This document shows positions 1 to 10,111 of a stretch of 64,000 bases of DNA, in pieces (positions within the stretch are counted from its first letter, which is position 1; every line of letters starts with the position of its first letter). The stretch comes from Thermoproteota archaeon. GTDB taxonomy: Archaea; Thermoproteota; Thermoprotei_A; Sulfolobales; NBVN01. The notes below the pieces were generated by a model that saw only the letters and a list, made by a program, of their open reading frames with translations, did no database searches and was not told where the DNA came from. The stretch is taken from NCBI GenBank assembly GCA_030550455.1, contig JAUQPH010000002.1, forward strand, positions 100,950 through 164,949, written 5' to 3'. Made by a program: the position numbers and the translations under genes.

Positions 1-107
1 CTAGGTAGTGTGGCATCAGAACTTGAAAAACTGGGAGTAAGCTTAAAATAAAGCATACTAAAGCTTTATAAGCACAACCACTATTTTTACGTGAAGTAGG
101 GTGCGGA

Positions 108-440
108 ATGGAGGGTAGGGGAAAGTTAAGCTTAGAGTCAATATGTGGTGGATTACCTGAGGAACTGTGTTTACAGATAAGTTCTGAACAACAAATCGTT
201 AAGATAAGAGTAGAGAAAAGAAAGTTCGGTAAGGAAGTTACTGTAATAGAAGGACTAGACGGCAACGTCTACAACTTGAGAGAGGTTGCTTCAAGGTTGA
301 AGACGAGGTTAGCAGTAGGTGGAACAGTTAAAGACAACCACATAGAGCTACAGGGGAACCAGAAAACTAGGGTTAAGCAGCTTCTAATCGAAGAACTGGG
401 TATCCCTCCGGAAAACATAATAACTATAGAGTCCGAGTAA
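108..440 (+). CDS. translation initiation factor aIF1 / SUI1
   Basis: 110-aa ORF with SUI1-type core (KFGKEVTVIEGL ... GGTVKDNHIELQGNQ); size and sequence typical of archaeal aIF1. Confidence 0.85.
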   Translation: MEGRGKLSLESICGGLPEELCLQISSEQQIVKIRVEKRKFGKEVTVIEGLDGNVYNLREVASRLKTRLAVGGTVKDNHIELQGNQKTRVKQLLIEELGIPPENIITIESE

Positions 441-490
441 CCTAGGTAACTAAAGGTTAAGTTAAATAACAATATTTTAACGACTCTTCT

Positions 491-1429
491 TTACTCTTCC
501 GGTAGCTGCAGCTTTAAGCTCTTAACAAGTTCTCTATATCTATTTCTAACTGTTACTTCAGTTACCCCCACGACAGCAGCTATGTCCTTCTGAGTTCTCT
601 TTATTCCCAACATCTGGGCTGCTGCGTAAACTGCGGCGGCGGCTACTCCGGTCGGATCTTTACCTGCCGTAATACCTAGCTTCTTTGCTTCCTCTAGCAG
701 TTCTACGGCTTTCTTAGCAACTCTACCACTTAATCCAAGAGCTGAAACTATTCTCGGCACATAATCTGCTGAATCTGTTGGTGGGACTCTTATTTCCAGT
801 TCCTTAACTAGCATTCTATAGCACCTAGAGATCTCACGTTTATCAGCCTTAGTTACACCTGAGATCTCATCGAGTAACCTAGGTATCTTATGGATTCTGC
901 AGGCTATGTAGAGAGACGCAGCTGCTACGGCCTCTACTGACCTACCCCTTATAATGCCTCTCTCAATGGCCTTTCTGTATATCGACACTGCTTCTTCCTT
1001 TATAGACTTTGGTAGTCCTAGCTGGTCAGCTATTCTCTCGAGTTCGACAGCCGCCTGCGTAATATTTCTATCTATAGAGCTCTGTATTCTTGTCCTAAGC
1101 TGCCACTTCCTCCACCTCATTGCCTCAAGCCTTTTCTTCATCTCAAGCTTCTTTCCTGTAGCATCCTTATCCCTCCAGTCGATTACAGATGTAAGACCAC
1201 CATCGTGTATCATAGGTGACAGGGGAGACCCAGCTCTAGACCTCTTACTCTCCTCGTCAGAGGTAAAGGCTCTCCACTCCGGTCCTTGATCAACAACTCT
1301 TTCCTCTATTACTTCACCAGTTTCAGAACACACGTACTGTCCTCGAGACTCGTCGAACACTATCTTATCTGGTGGACACCTCTCTTCTATTACCTCATGC
1401 TCTGAATTCTCAGAAACCATAAGACCCAC
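491..1429 (-). CDS. tfb: transcription initiation factor TFB (TFIIB homologue)
   Basis: 312 aa; N-terminal Zn-ribbon-like region ([23 protein letters not shown]), two cyclin-fold repeats, C-terminal HTH ([13 protein letters not shown]). Confidence 0.95.
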   Translation of the reverse strand: MGLMVSENSEHEVIEERCPPDKIVFDESRGQYVCSETGEVIEERVVDQGPEWRAFTSDEESKRSRAGSPLSPMIHDGGLTSVIDWRDKDATGKKLEMKKRLEAMRWRKWQLRTRIQSSIDRNITQAAVELERIADQLGLPKSIKEEAVSIYRKAIERGIIRGRSVEAVAAASLYIACRIHKIPRLLDEISGVTKADKREISRCYRMLVKELEIRVPPTDSADYVPRIVSALGLSGRVAKKAVELLEEAKKLGITAGKDPTGVAAAAVYAAAQMLGIKRTQKDIAAVVGVTEVTVRNRYRELVKSLKLQLPEE

Positions 1430-1483
1430 CGAAAAGTTTATTTTTACTCACCTTAAACCGCTAATACTCAATTCGAATCGTAG

Positions 1484-1491
1484 CTTATAAG
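1484..1491 (+). promoter_or_regulatory. TATA-like box CTTATAAG about 30 nt upstream of tRNA-Thr(UGU)
   Basis: Palindromic AT-rich octamer centred about 31 nt upstream of the tRNA 5' end. The same octamer precedes tRNA-Thr(CGU) and the orphan tRNA half. Confidence 0.45.
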
Positions 1492-1518
1492 CTTTTTGCT
1501 TAACTTAAAATATTTGGA

Positions 1519-1592
1519 GCCGCCGTAGCTCAGCCCGGTGGAGCGCCGGCCTTGTAAGCCGGTGGTCGCGGGTTCAAATCCCGCCGGCGGCT
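1519..1592 (+). tRNA. tRNA-Thr (anticodon UGU)
   Basis: Hand-folded cloverleaf: acceptor GCCGCCG/CGGCGGC, D arm GCTC..GAGC, anticodon arm CCGGC-CTTGTAA-GCCGG, T arm GCGGG-TTCAAAT-CCCGC, discriminator T; CCA not encoded. Confidence 0.9.
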
Positions 1593-1704
1593 TCAGCTCC
1601 CAGAGGGAGGGTTACTTATAAATACAGTACTTCATCGTGCTCCTTCTTATGAAACACGTTTATGTAGAGTAGCTTTTTCAAATTAGCTGAAAAGTAGCTA
1701 GTTC

Positions 1705-3774
1705 TCAGTCTATTACTTGGGGTTGACTTCGCTCTTCGGTTCTCTCAGGCTTCTTTCTTAGCTCTCTATACTCCCTAATTATCTCCTCGAGGTCGTTTAG
1801 GGACAGACCTCTCTTTCTTAGCTCTCTACTTCTTCTAATCTCATCGGTTTTCTTTCTAATCTCGGCCATTTTGATATTGACTTCCGAGCTTACTATAGCT
1901 ACTCTATCCAGAGTACCGTAGTCTGCCTCTTTGATGGCTGGTATAGCCAATTCGTCGACTATTTTAGATAGGGTATCGTCTGGGAAGTTGTTGGGCAGTA
2001 TTAACCCGATCCCCAACTTCTCTACTAGTGGAGCAACTTTTTCTAAGCTACTTAAGGTAAGACTTTCGACGAATATAACTTCACCTTGCTTTAAATTCTC
2101 TAGGCTCTCCAGCTGCTCTACCGTCGACACCTTCCTCACTACGATTAACTTGCCTTCAGCAACCCCTGGTAGAACACTTGCCAGCTTAAGGTATCGTTCT
2201 TTCACACCCTCGTACTCGGCTCTTAGGTTGTCTAAGTCTCTTACTACATTGACTAACCTTTGAGTCAGCTCGTAAACTTTGCGGTCCTTTAAGATGCTTT
2301 TAGATATATTCACTAACTCCGTTTCCATCATCGCTCTTAGTCTGGAGAGCTCTGCTTCGAGGTTCCTTAACTTGTTTAAAAGCTGCTGTCTTTCTGTCTC
2401 AAGAGATTCTATAGTCTTCTCTAGTTCCCTAATTCTCTTCTTCATAAATTCGTTCGATTCAGCTAAAGCTCTAGCCTCATGAACTACCTCTAGGACTCTT
2501 TCGGAGGGTTCCTCACTACTTAGAGCCTCAGCTATTATTTCCTCTATTATAGTTGCTATTGGAACTCCATCAACGATCTTCACCAGGTACCTATCCAAGT
2601 TAATCGACGCTCTATCCAACCCCATCTCCGCCAGCTTACCTTCGAGCTCCTTCATCTTTCCCTCTATTGACCTGTAGGCCTCTACGGCAGCAGCGAGAGA
2701 GTCTCTCATATGAGTGTCCTTAACTTCGATACCATAAAGCTCTGCGTATTCTCTAGAAATAGACTCTTTTTCATAAGCAGCTAGATCACGTTCAGGTGTA
2801 TACACTCTAGCTCCCAAAGACGCTGCTACCCGCCTCACGAATTCCGGAGGCTGATGCTTATCTGTAGCAACTATCACAACCTTCCCTAGGTTCCGCAATA
2901 TCGAGATCACGTCTTCTTTATCTAATCCTCGGGCGGAGTTTAGCGTTACTACACGCCCATTGAGGTCGAGCACTGCGAGACCTACCTCAATGCCTGGATC
3001 GAGGCCAACTATTAAGTGTCTCTGTTCTTGTTCTTGAGATAGGATCAAGTGCTTTATGGACGTGATGTTTACTACCGGCTTTACTCGCACTACTACGTCT
3101 CTTCCTACAGTATTTCGTACAAGTCCGTAAAGCTTTTCCCTATCGCAGTATGCCGTTATTACAGCTGACTCTATCCCACCGCGACTTCTCCTCAAAGTAA
3201 TGTCGTACTCTATCGAATTAGACTTAAGTACCTCCTCTATTTTCTTAACTACTTGAGCTACTGATGCTCGCAGGTTGCGCTTAAACCTATTCGCACTTGA
3301 GCCACCGGCTCTACCCGACCTCCCCCGGTAAACGTGTATTTTCACTTTCTTACTAAATACCTCAACCTCTTTGCCGAATCCTTTACTAGCTAAAAAAGCT
3401 ATTACCGCAGCCGAGAGTTTTGAATCCAGCTTTCCATGAGGTAACTCCAGGCCAGCTTCTTTAGCCAACATGCGTAAGTCCTTTAAGCTCTTTTCATCTA
3501 CGTTGACCTGCACAACTTTAACTCCCGGAGGCAGTAGCTTCACGAAGTTGGAGACGTTTCTAATTGAGCCACCGAGCTCTAGGACGTTGTCTACGGCGAG
3601 AACCTCGGGTTTAAGTTCCCAAAGCATTCTCAGTAGTCGGCTTGCTGTAACTTCATCCACTTTTACCAGAGTCCTACCGCGCAGTACCGCTATCGAGTAG
3701 ATAAACTCGCTTAGCTTACTTCCGGATTTAGCTACGTCTACACCAAGGTATGTGGGTACGTTATATTCCATCAA
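1705..3774 (-). CDS. DUF460/COG2433-type protein (predicted RNase H-fold nuclease domain plus long coiled coil)
   Basis: 689 aa; central block LIVGLDPGIEVGLAVLDLNGRVV...VIVATDKHQPPEFVRRVAASLGARVYTPERDL resembles the archaeal DUF460 family. The C-terminal half is heptad-rich (E/K/L). It overlaps the rio2 3' end by 14 nt. Confidence 0.55.
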   Translation of the reverse strand: MMEYNVPTYLGVDVAKSGSKLSEFIYSIAVLRGRTLVKVDEVTASRLLRMLWELKPEVLAVDNVLELGGSIRNVSNFVKLLPPGVKVVQVNVDEKSLKDLRMLAKEAGLELPHGKLDSKLSAAVIAFLASKGFGKEVEVFSKKVKIHVYRGRSGRAGGSSANRFKRNLRASVAQVVKKIEEVLKSNSIEYDITLRRSRGGIESAVITAYCDREKLYGLVRNTVGRDVVVRVKPVVNITSIKHLILSQEQEQRHLIVGLDPGIEVGLAVLDLNGRVVTLNSARGLDKEDVISILRNLGKVVIVATDKHQPPEFVRRVAASLGARVYTPERDLAAYEKESISREYAELYGIEVKDTHMRDSLAAAVEAYRSIEGKMKELEGKLAEMGLDRASINLDRYLVKIVDGVPIATIIEEIIAEALSSEEPSERVLEVVHEARALAESNEFMKKRIRELEKTIESLETERQQLLNKLRNLEAELSRLRAMMETELVNISKSILKDRKVYELTQRLVNVVRDLDNLRAEYEGVKERYLKLASVLPGVAEGKLIVVRKVSTVEQLESLENLKQGEVIFVESLTLSSLEKVAPLVEKLGIGLILPNNFPDDTLSKIVDELAIPAIKEADYGTLDRVAIVSSEVNIKMAEIRKKTDEIRRSRELRKRGLSLNDLEEIIREYRELRKKPERTEERSQPQVID

Positions 3775-4702
3775 CTAGCCCCTTAACGTATCCAACCGTT
3801 TTCTCTAAGTCCAAGGAAACTCCATATCTGCGCTTAAAAAATTTAAGCAAATTGCTTACGTCTCTCGTTAAGTACTCCTCAGCCAAAGGGTCTTCTCTGC
3901 TGACATATTGAGGCCAGTCTATTATGTAAGGTATTTCACTGGAGTCTCTTACTGATACAACTATGTTGTACTCACTTAAATCTGCGTGAACTATACCGGC
4001 ATTTAAGTACGCTGACCTCATGGTTGTAAGTATGAGGTTTAGTATGCTCTTAGGGTCTCTAGCATTTCTATACCTATAAAGATCTTCTCCATCAATGTAC
4101 TCCATGACCACGGCGTGCTTACTCCACCCCCACACCTTCGGAATCAAGTTAGTATGTTTCGATAGGAGTAAAAGAGCTCTATACTCTCTTTCAGCAGCTA
4201 GCTTAGAAGCCTCTAACCAGGATGGTTGATCTGTGAGATACCCCCTGTACCTTACTACCTTCTTAAAGCTTACCCTACCTATCTTATAGAACTTCACAAC
4301 GGCTATCTCATTAGTGGAGGTCTTAGCTAAGTATAGCACGCTCTCCTTACCCGTACCTATCGAAGGACCTACATGTGTTACTACACCTTTTTCAACTAAT
4401 TCTAGCAGAGCAAGACAGTCTAAACCGAGAAACGTTAGTCGGTAAGCTGCTCTCGTCGAATGACTCTCAACTAACTTCTTCGTTCTTAGAGTAGAGATTT
4501 CTCTAGCGAAAGTTTTCTCAGGTATTCGAACCTTTTTGAACACTAGTTCTTCAGGTACGTACTCAAAAACATCCAAATACTCGTCTAGGATAGAGAGTAT
4601 AGATAAGCCCACCTTACTAATATCCTTGCATGTTCTCGCAAGTTTTAAATGCATTTCGCTGATTCCATTACGCATTAGAGGAGTGATCAGTTTTATGCTC
4701 AT
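3761..4702 (-). CDS. rio2: RIO-type serine/threonine kinase, Rio2-like (N-terminal winged helix plus RIO domain)
   Basis: 313 aa; wHTH-like N-terminus, kinase core (AVVKFYKIGRVSFKK ... IVHADLSEYNIVV ... IIDWPQ). Confidence 0.8.
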   Translation of the reverse strand: MSIKLITPLMRNGISEMHLKLARTCKDISKVGLSILSILDEYLDVFEYVPEELVFKKVRIPEKTFAREISTLRTKKLVESHSTRAAYRLTFLGLDCLALLELVEKGVVTHVGPSIGTGKESVLYLAKTSTNEIAVVKFYKIGRVSFKKVVRYRGYLTDQPSWLEASKLAAEREYRALLLLSKHTNLIPKVWGWSKHAVVMEYIDGEDLYRYRNARDPKSILNLILTTMRSAYLNAGIVHADLSEYNIVVSVRDSSEIPYIIDWPQYVSREDPLAEEYLTRDVSNLLKFFKRRYGVSLDLEKTVGYVKGLVDGI

Positions 4703-4836
4703 TCAGACGTGCTACATATACTGCTATCCAAAAGTTAGGTCAGATAAGACACCACCCTGCTTAACTCGCTAGTTCAGGTTTAAGATGCAAATTAAGACCG
4801 CAGTCGAAAGACTATATAGGAACTCCCCATATCGCT

Positions 4837-5031
4837 GTGGTGAAGTATCTGAGTAACAAAAAAACAGTTGAATTAGACTTAGTTGAAGAGTACTTCTACT
4901 TGGGTGAAAAAAGATATAGGTTTAGAGTAAAAGGCACTAACATAATAGTAAACGTTAGAGCTGATAGCGTAGACGAAGGCATCGAGAAAGCCATAGAGGT
5001 ACTCAAAAAGATCGGTTACTTTAGCAACTAG
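4837..5031 (+). CDS. small hypothetical protein (64 aa)
   Basis: Isolated GTG-initiated ORF in an intergenic gap with balanced composition; no recognisable motif. Confidence 0.3.
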   Translation: MVKYLSNKKTVELDLVEEYFYLGEKRYRFRVKGTNIIVNVRADSVDEGIEKAIEVLKKIGYFSN

Positions 5032-5155
5032 CACCATCACATTAAAACTAACTAGTAGTGACACCCGATTATCTTTCGACACTTTCGCAAGCAACTTAGA
5101 ACTCTGCCCTCAGGAAAGGAAAGTCTCTCTACTACTCTATGCCGAGATTCCCGCT

Positions 5156-6574
5156 GTGGTTTTTAGTCTTGAGTTTCTCCTAATGGTGGGTGTGGATATG
5201 TTTAAAACTGCCCCGCCTAGGTATATAGCAAACCGCGAGTCTCTAGTAAGAACAGAGCTCCACGCTGACGTTCTAGAGGTACTGGAAGCAGGACTAAAAG
5301 CAGCTGACCCGGAGTCTTCCGTTCGTAGTGCTCTCTCACGGGAGGGAGATATAGTGTGTGTCCTGAGTGAGTGCTTTAGTGTTACCGGCAAAGTTCATGT
5401 GATCGGGTTTGGTAAAGCTGGTTTACGTATGTCTCTGGGATGTGAGAGTGTGTTAGGGGATTTAATAGCTGGCGGGGTTGTCATAGTTCCCTCTATAGGG
5501 GGTTCTCCTAGACTACCCAAAAAGATCGAGGTTGTTGAGGGAGAACACCCGATACCGGGTGAGAAAACTCTTCAAGCAAGCCGTAGATTGATTAAGTATG
5601 TTGAAGAGAATTTGCATGCAGAAGACGTAGTGATAGTCCTAATTTCCGGCGGTGGGTCAGCTTTGTTCGAAATTCCGCATCCACCATTAACTTTAGACGA
5701 CATAGCTATTACCACTAACGCCCTAATGAAGGCCGGTGCTGACATAGTCGAACTTAACACAGTCCGCAAACACTTAAGCATGGTTAAAGGCGGAAGACTC
5801 CTGAATTTTGTCAGAAAAGCGAGCAGAATAATCTCTCTCATAATTTCTGATGTAGTTGGAGACCCAATAGAGTTCATCGCATCAGGTCCCACTGAAGCGG
5901 ATACCACTACCTACAGAGATACTTACGAAGTCCTGTTGAGGAGGGGGGTGTGGGACACTCTACCGAACAATGTGAGAGACCTAGTGTTAAGCGGATTATC
6001 TGGCAAAATTCCTGAGACGGTGAAACCTGGAGACCCGCTACTCGGCAAGGTTAGAAACATAGTGGTTGCCAGCAACATGATATCTCTTAGAGACATGGAA
6101 AAGAAAGCTATAGAACTAGGCTATAAAGCAACGATACTGACTTCCATGATGGTTGGTGAAGCCAGAGAAGTTGGTAGATTCCTTGGTAGTATAGCACGCC
6201 ATATCACCAAGTACAAACAACCTGGTGAAAAGCTGATGCTACTCTTAGGTGGTGAAACTACAGTAACGGTTCGAGGCCACGGTCGCGGCGGTAGAAACCA
6301 AGAGCTTTGTGTGGGGTTCTCATTATCTGCTCGAGGACTAAGAAATGCCGTACTCGCATCCATAGGTTCTGATGGAATAGATGGTAACAGTCCGGCTGCC
6401 GGAGGAGTATGTGACGGTCTGTTAGTAGATGAAGCGCTAAACGCAGGTCTAGATCCTCACAAATATCTAAGCAATAACGACACGTACACGTTATTGAGCA
6501 AGCTGGGAAGAGCCATAATCACCGGTCCCACCGGTACAAACGTGAATGACTTAGTAGTTCTAGCAGTTTGGTAG
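5156..6574 (+). CDS. glycerate 2-kinase / hydroxypyruvate reductase family (DUF4147 + MOFRL domains)
   Basis: Motifs GFGKAG, ISGGGSALFE, LLLGGETTVTVRGHGRGGRNQE, GSDGIDGNSPAAG, TGPTGTNVND. The true start is probably the ATG at 5198 (MFKTAPP...). Confidence 0.75.
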   Translation: MVFSLEFLLMVGVDMFKTAPPRYIANRESLVRTELHADVLEVLEAGLKAADPESSVRSALSREGDIVCVLSECFSVTGKVHVIGFGKAGLRMSLGCESVLGDLIAGGVVIVPSIGGSPRLPKKIEVVEGEHPIPGEKTLQASRRLIKYVEENLHAEDVVIVLISGGGSALFEIPHPPLTLDDIAITTNALMKAGADIVELNTVRKHLSMVKGGRLLNFVRKASRIISLIISDVVGDPIEFIASGPTEADTTTYRDTYEVLLRRGVWDTLPNNVRDLVLSGLSGKIPETVKPGDPLLGKVRNIVVASNMISLRDMEKKAIELGYKATILTSMMVGEAREVGRFLGSIARHITKYKQPGEKLMLLLGGETTVTVRGHGRGGRNQELCVGFSLSARGLRNAVLASIGSDGIDGNSPAAGGVCDGLLVDEALNAGLDPHKYLSNNDTYTLLSKLGRAIITGPTGTNVNDLVVLAVW

Positions 6575-6584
6575 GGAGTCCATA

Positions 6585-8000
6585 TTGGTTATTGCGGACG
6601 CAGTATTTTTAGTTGTTGTAGCCCCTCTAGCACTGATTCTCTCGCTGCACTCTACATACTTACTATTGTCCGGTAAAGCGGAGAGAAAGCCGGCCTCCGA
6701 CTACAGTGCGGGGGAAAGTATTAGTATTGTAATACCTATAAAGAGCGAACCAATCGATTTAGTCTATGAGAGCGTAAGTTACCTAAGCAAGTTGATAGAA
6801 AAACTCAAGAGTAGTACAAATACGAATACGTGTATAGAGATATACATAGTATCAGACGATGAAGAAGAGTATGTTAAGACCTTAAGGAATAAGTTAGAGT
6901 CTCTAAACTCGCCAGTTCCAGTGAGAGTTGTTAGACGAAGTGGTCAGGGAGGAAGAGTTGGGGCTTTAAACTTCGCCCTCAAAGAAGTCGTGAAGAACGA
7001 AAATCTCTTAGTCTTAGACATAGACGCTAAACCAAGCGAGAAGTTTCTTGAGGAGTTGGTAAGTTGCGTTCAGTTGTACGACGCATGTGTAGGACACTGG
7101 GAAGGGTATTGGGTAAAAGAGACCAGAATAGCTAGGGCACTAGCTTTTACGACAGAGCTAGTAGCTACAGCTCTCTATAGAGGTAGGCAAAAACTTGGGT
7201 TACTCATCTTTCCTTTAGGTTCCGGAACTCTTTTCAGAGTGAAGTCTCTTAAGGCTGTTGGAGGCTGGGAGGATGGGACAGTCCAAGACGACGTAATTAT
7301 AGGCATGAAACTCCATGGTTCTGGTTTCAGGGTTGGATACTCAGACAAAGCTATCTTGCGCGTTTTAGTTCCATCATCCTATAGGGCCTTTAGAATACAG
7401 CAGCTTAAGTGGGCTTACGGCTCAGTAGAGAGTTTAAGGTATAGCTTTAAGTACCTAAAAGGGGACATCAGCATCCTTAAGTCGATCGAAGCTAGACTGT
7501 ATACTCTTCAATATGTTCCAGGACTTTCAGTGATGGCAACATCAATAGTAATACCCAGCATAGCCATAGCAGTAAACTCGGACTTAAGTTATTACTCGCT
7601 GCTTGCTGTTAGTGCTATTTCATCTTTCTACGTCGGAGCAGTACTTAAGACTTTCAGTAAACCTGACATGGGAGCTATGAGAATTCTTAGGCTATTAGGT
7701 ACGTCGTCGGCAATTGGTTTAACTGTAGCACCGGTGGTTATGAAAGGACTTATCTTGGGTATCCTCGGAAAACGACCGAGAGCTCCCGTAACTCCTAAGG
7801 GGTCCGAAGACCGTGAAAGATATAGAGAATACTTAGAGGAGTACGTAACTACCATAGCTTCCTTCCTCCTCGGGGTTGTAGCACTAATTAAAGGTCACTA
7901 CCTTGCGTCCGGAATAGGCTTCCTTCCCACTATAGCATTAGTCTATACTCTAATGAGAGCTACTAGACCACTCCATACTTTTGCTTCAGTCCAGCTCTAA
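6585..8000 (+). CDS. membrane-bound family-2 glycosyltransferase
   Basis: 471 aa; N-terminal TM segment, GT-A core (ISIVIPIKSEP ... LVLDIDAKP ... QDD ... QQLKWAYG resembling the Q(R/Q)xRW motif), several C-terminal TM helices. Confidence 0.7.
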   Translation: MVIADAVFLVVVAPLALILSLHSTYLLLSGKAERKPASDYSAGESISIVIPIKSEPIDLVYESVSYLSKLIEKLKSSTNTNTCIEIYIVSDDEEEYVKTLRNKLESLNSPVPVRVVRRSGQGGRVGALNFALKEVVKNENLLVLDIDAKPSEKFLEELVSCVQLYDACVGHWEGYWVKETRIARALAFTTELVATALYRGRQKLGLLIFPLGSGTLFRVKSLKAVGGWEDGTVQDDVIIGMKLHGSGFRVGYSDKAILRVLVPSSYRAFRIQQLKWAYGSVESLRYSFKYLKGDISILKSIEARLYTLQYVPGLSVMATSIVIPSIAIAVNSDLSYYSLLAVSAISSFYVGAVLKTFSKPDMGAMRILRLLGTSSAIGLTVAPVVMKGLILGILGKRPRAPVTPKGSEDRERYREYLEEYVTTIASFLLGVVALIKGHYLASGIGFLPTIALVYTLMRATRPLHTFASVQL

Positions 8001-8211
8001 CTATAGATGCTCCATTTTTAAGAAGCTTTAAGTTACAAACTCCTTTAGTTTACCACTGGGTCAACAAGTACTTAGTGCATAGCTTCTCTATTTAGGCTAA
8101 TTCTCAACTGCTATTGCCGTGCTTAAGTAATAAGCTATCTAACATGCTGTGACAGACGCTATGACCTGCATAAACTATAAGCTAACTGTCACCTCCTTAA
8201 AGCCCCGCGCA

Positions 8212-8518
8212 TTCTTTCTGGTCTTGTGTTGGTTTGTAGTGATTGATGCTACCCTCGGCAAATGCGTCAGAGGCACCTATAAGTGTCTCTCTATAGAATA
8301 AAGCATAGAATCTTCTCGATAGAGTGTAGAAGCTCGTAGGGAAGCTGAAAGTGAGGTCCTCCCAGAGGGCGACCACGAACTCTAAAACATATAAGATGTG
8401 GAGTACCCCGGAGCCACTCTGATGCTTCCAAGCTCAATGAAGCCTCAAGCGAAATGTGAAGGAGAGATGTGGGTCAATAACATCACTCAGTGCAAGCCAG
8501 CATTAAAGCTGAACCCTG
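8212..8518 (-). repeat. dispersed intergenic element family, copy F (diverged, inverted relative to copy A)
   Basis: The reverse complement aligns block by block to copies A and B: GGGTTCAGCT..TGCTGGCTTG, TTATTGACCC, CATCTCTCCTTCACATTTCGCTTGAGG, CCACATCTT, and the end ..CAAACCAACACAAGACCAGAAAGAA. Confidence 0.55.
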
Positions 8519-8520
8519 AG

Positions 8521-8562
8521 TAGAGATTTAGAGCATCATGGTAGAGATTTAGAGCATCATGT
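8521..8562. repeat. 21-bp tandem duplication (2 units, 20/21 identical) spanning the epimerase stop codon
   Basis: TAGAGATTTAGAGCATCATGG / TAGAGATTTAGAGCATCATGT read directly; the second unit contains the stop (TCA on the + strand, 8557-8559) of the minus-strand ORF. Confidence 0.9.
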
Positions 8563-9498
8563 GCTGAGGGCCGCTCTCAACCTCTCAATGGTGGTCCTTA
8601 ACCCTACGTGTAAAGGTATTGAAGGTTTGAAACCGAGCTCCCTTCTTGCTCTGGTTATGTCTGCTACTGAGTGCACTATATCTTCAGGACGAGTTTCCTC
8701 GTGAACCAGTCCAACATTATCCAGCCCAAGGATCCTTAGTACTTCGTTAGCTAAGTCCAATATTCTCGTAGCTTCACCACTACCTATATTAAACACCCCT
8801 GAAGTCCTAGACTTTAAAGCGCAAACAATAGCTTGTACGACATCTGAAACGTATATGAAATCCCTCGTCTGCTCGCCAGTACCGTATATTACTAGCGGCT
8901 CACCCCTTAGTGCTCTCCTAATAAACTCTATTATCACTCCGGAATAACTCGTACTTTGCCTAGGACCGTAGACATTGAAGATCCTCAAGATCACCGGTCT
9001 AAAGCCGTATATCTTGGAGTAGGACATTAAGTAGAGTTCTCCGGAAGCCTTAGAAGCTCCATACGGGGACTTAGGGCGCAGGGGGTGGTCTTCAGGTATA
9101 GGGATCTTCACAGGGTCACCGTAAACGGCAGAGCTAGAAGCGTATATGAAGGAATCAACTTTCCTAGAGGCTCTAGCTAGGTTGAGAGTCCCAACTACGT
9201 TGACCTCAGCATAGAGGTTGGGTTCTCTAAGTGATTCCTCCACGTCAGTTAGGGCAGCTAAGTGGACAACAGCATCCATACCCGAAACAGCCTTCTCAAC
9301 AGCCTCATAGTCTCTAATATCTCGAACAACCAACTCAACACTACTTAAGATATCACGAATATTTTGGAGACTACCTCGAGAAAGATTATCCAAAACCCTC
9401 ACTTCATAACCTCTAAACACAAGCTCTCTCACGAGGTGACTTCCTATAAACCCAGCACCCCCCGTTACTAAGACTCTCAAACTATCCATCCGCATCAA
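8557..9498 (-). CDS. NAD-dependent epimerase/dehydratase (UDP-sugar 4-epimerase-like, SDR family)
   Basis: 313 aa; Rossmann motif VTGGAGFIGSHL and catalytic YGASK. Confidence 0.85.
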   Translation of the reverse strand: MMRMDSLRVLVTGGAGFIGSHLVRELVFRGYEVRVLDNLSRGSLQNIRDILSSVELVVRDIRDYEAVEKAVSGMDAVVHLAALTDVEESLREPNLYAEVNVVGTLNLARASRKVDSFIYASSSAVYGDPVKIPIPEDHPLRPKSPYGASKASGELYLMSYSKIYGFRPVILRIFNVYGPRQSTSYSGVIIEFIRRALRGEPLVIYGTGEQTRDFIYVSDVVQAIVCALKSRTSGVFNIGSGEATRILDLANEVLRILGLDNVGLVHEETRPEDIVHSVADITRARRELGFKPSIPLHVGLRTTIERLRAALST

Positions 9499-9612
9499 CC
9501 CATGCGTACATAAATTCCATGATAAAAAGCGTAGTGAGACTGTATCTCCTGTAAAAGTTTTTAAGCTGTTTTAGCTACTATAGATACTTGGAATCAATAG
9601 AGGTACTAGGTA

Positions 9613-9850
9613 GTGTCCGAGAAGCTCTATAGAACTAGTGAGGTTGCTGAGTTACTGAACATTAGTGTTTCTACTGTTAAAAAGTGGATAAAGCAGGGTA
9701 GACTGCACGCTCTCAGAGTTGGAAAGCTGTGGATGATCCCGTAGAGCGAAGTCAGGAGGATCCTGAGTGGTGTTGAGAGAAGAGAGATTAGAGCCGCTAT
9801 ATACGCTAGAGTTTCATCACGTAAGCAGAAAACAGATGGTAACTTAGAGC
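9613..9850 (+). pseudogene. tnpA: truncated serine recombinase (IS607-type TnpA / resolvase with N-terminal MerR-like HTH)
   Basis: Translation VSEKLYRTSEVAELLNISVSTVKKWIKQGRLHALRVGKLWMIP*SEVRRILSGVERREIRAAIYARVSSRKQKTDGNLER. It shows the HTH plus the resolvase N-terminal IYARVSS box with the catalytic Ser. There is an in-frame TAG at 9742-9744, and homology ends after LER (about 80 of about 200 expected codons). Confidence 0.7.
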
Positions 9851-10111
9851 GGGGTTCAGCTCTGATGTGGGTTTTTATTGGTTGACTTCACTGCCTCATC
9901 TCTTTCCCCCGCATTCCGCTCGGGTTTTCATCGGGCTTGGGGGCGTTCAGGGTGACCCCTAGCACCCCACATCTTGCTGTGTCTCGGGGAGAGCCCTTGC
10001 CGAGGGCTCTCGATCCCTCATCGAGGTACCTTCACGCATATTAGTGTATAAGGTGTTTATAAATGTTTCTATCATTATCAACCAATACGAACAGATATGA
10101 AAAACGAAACA
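9851..10111 (+). repeat. dispersed intergenic element family, copy A
   Basis: GGGGTTCAGCTC..TATTGGTTGACTTCACTGCCTCATCTC..GCATTCCGCTCGGG..hairpin GAGAGCCC/GGGCTCTC..GATCCCTCATCGAG..TCAACCAATACGAACAGATATGAAAAACGAAACA; long exact blocks are shared with copy C. Confidence 0.8.

Larger units (their letters stand above)
9566..10111 (+). mobile_element. internally deleted IS607-family-like element: possible left end, tnpA 5' fragment and right-end module (copy A)
   Basis: The tnpA' fragment (9613-9850) runs directly into repeat copy A. The left side starts with CTGTTTT..GATACTTGG, weakly resembling the inverted right terminus (CCAA..AAACAG). No tnpB is present. Confidence 0.45.
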
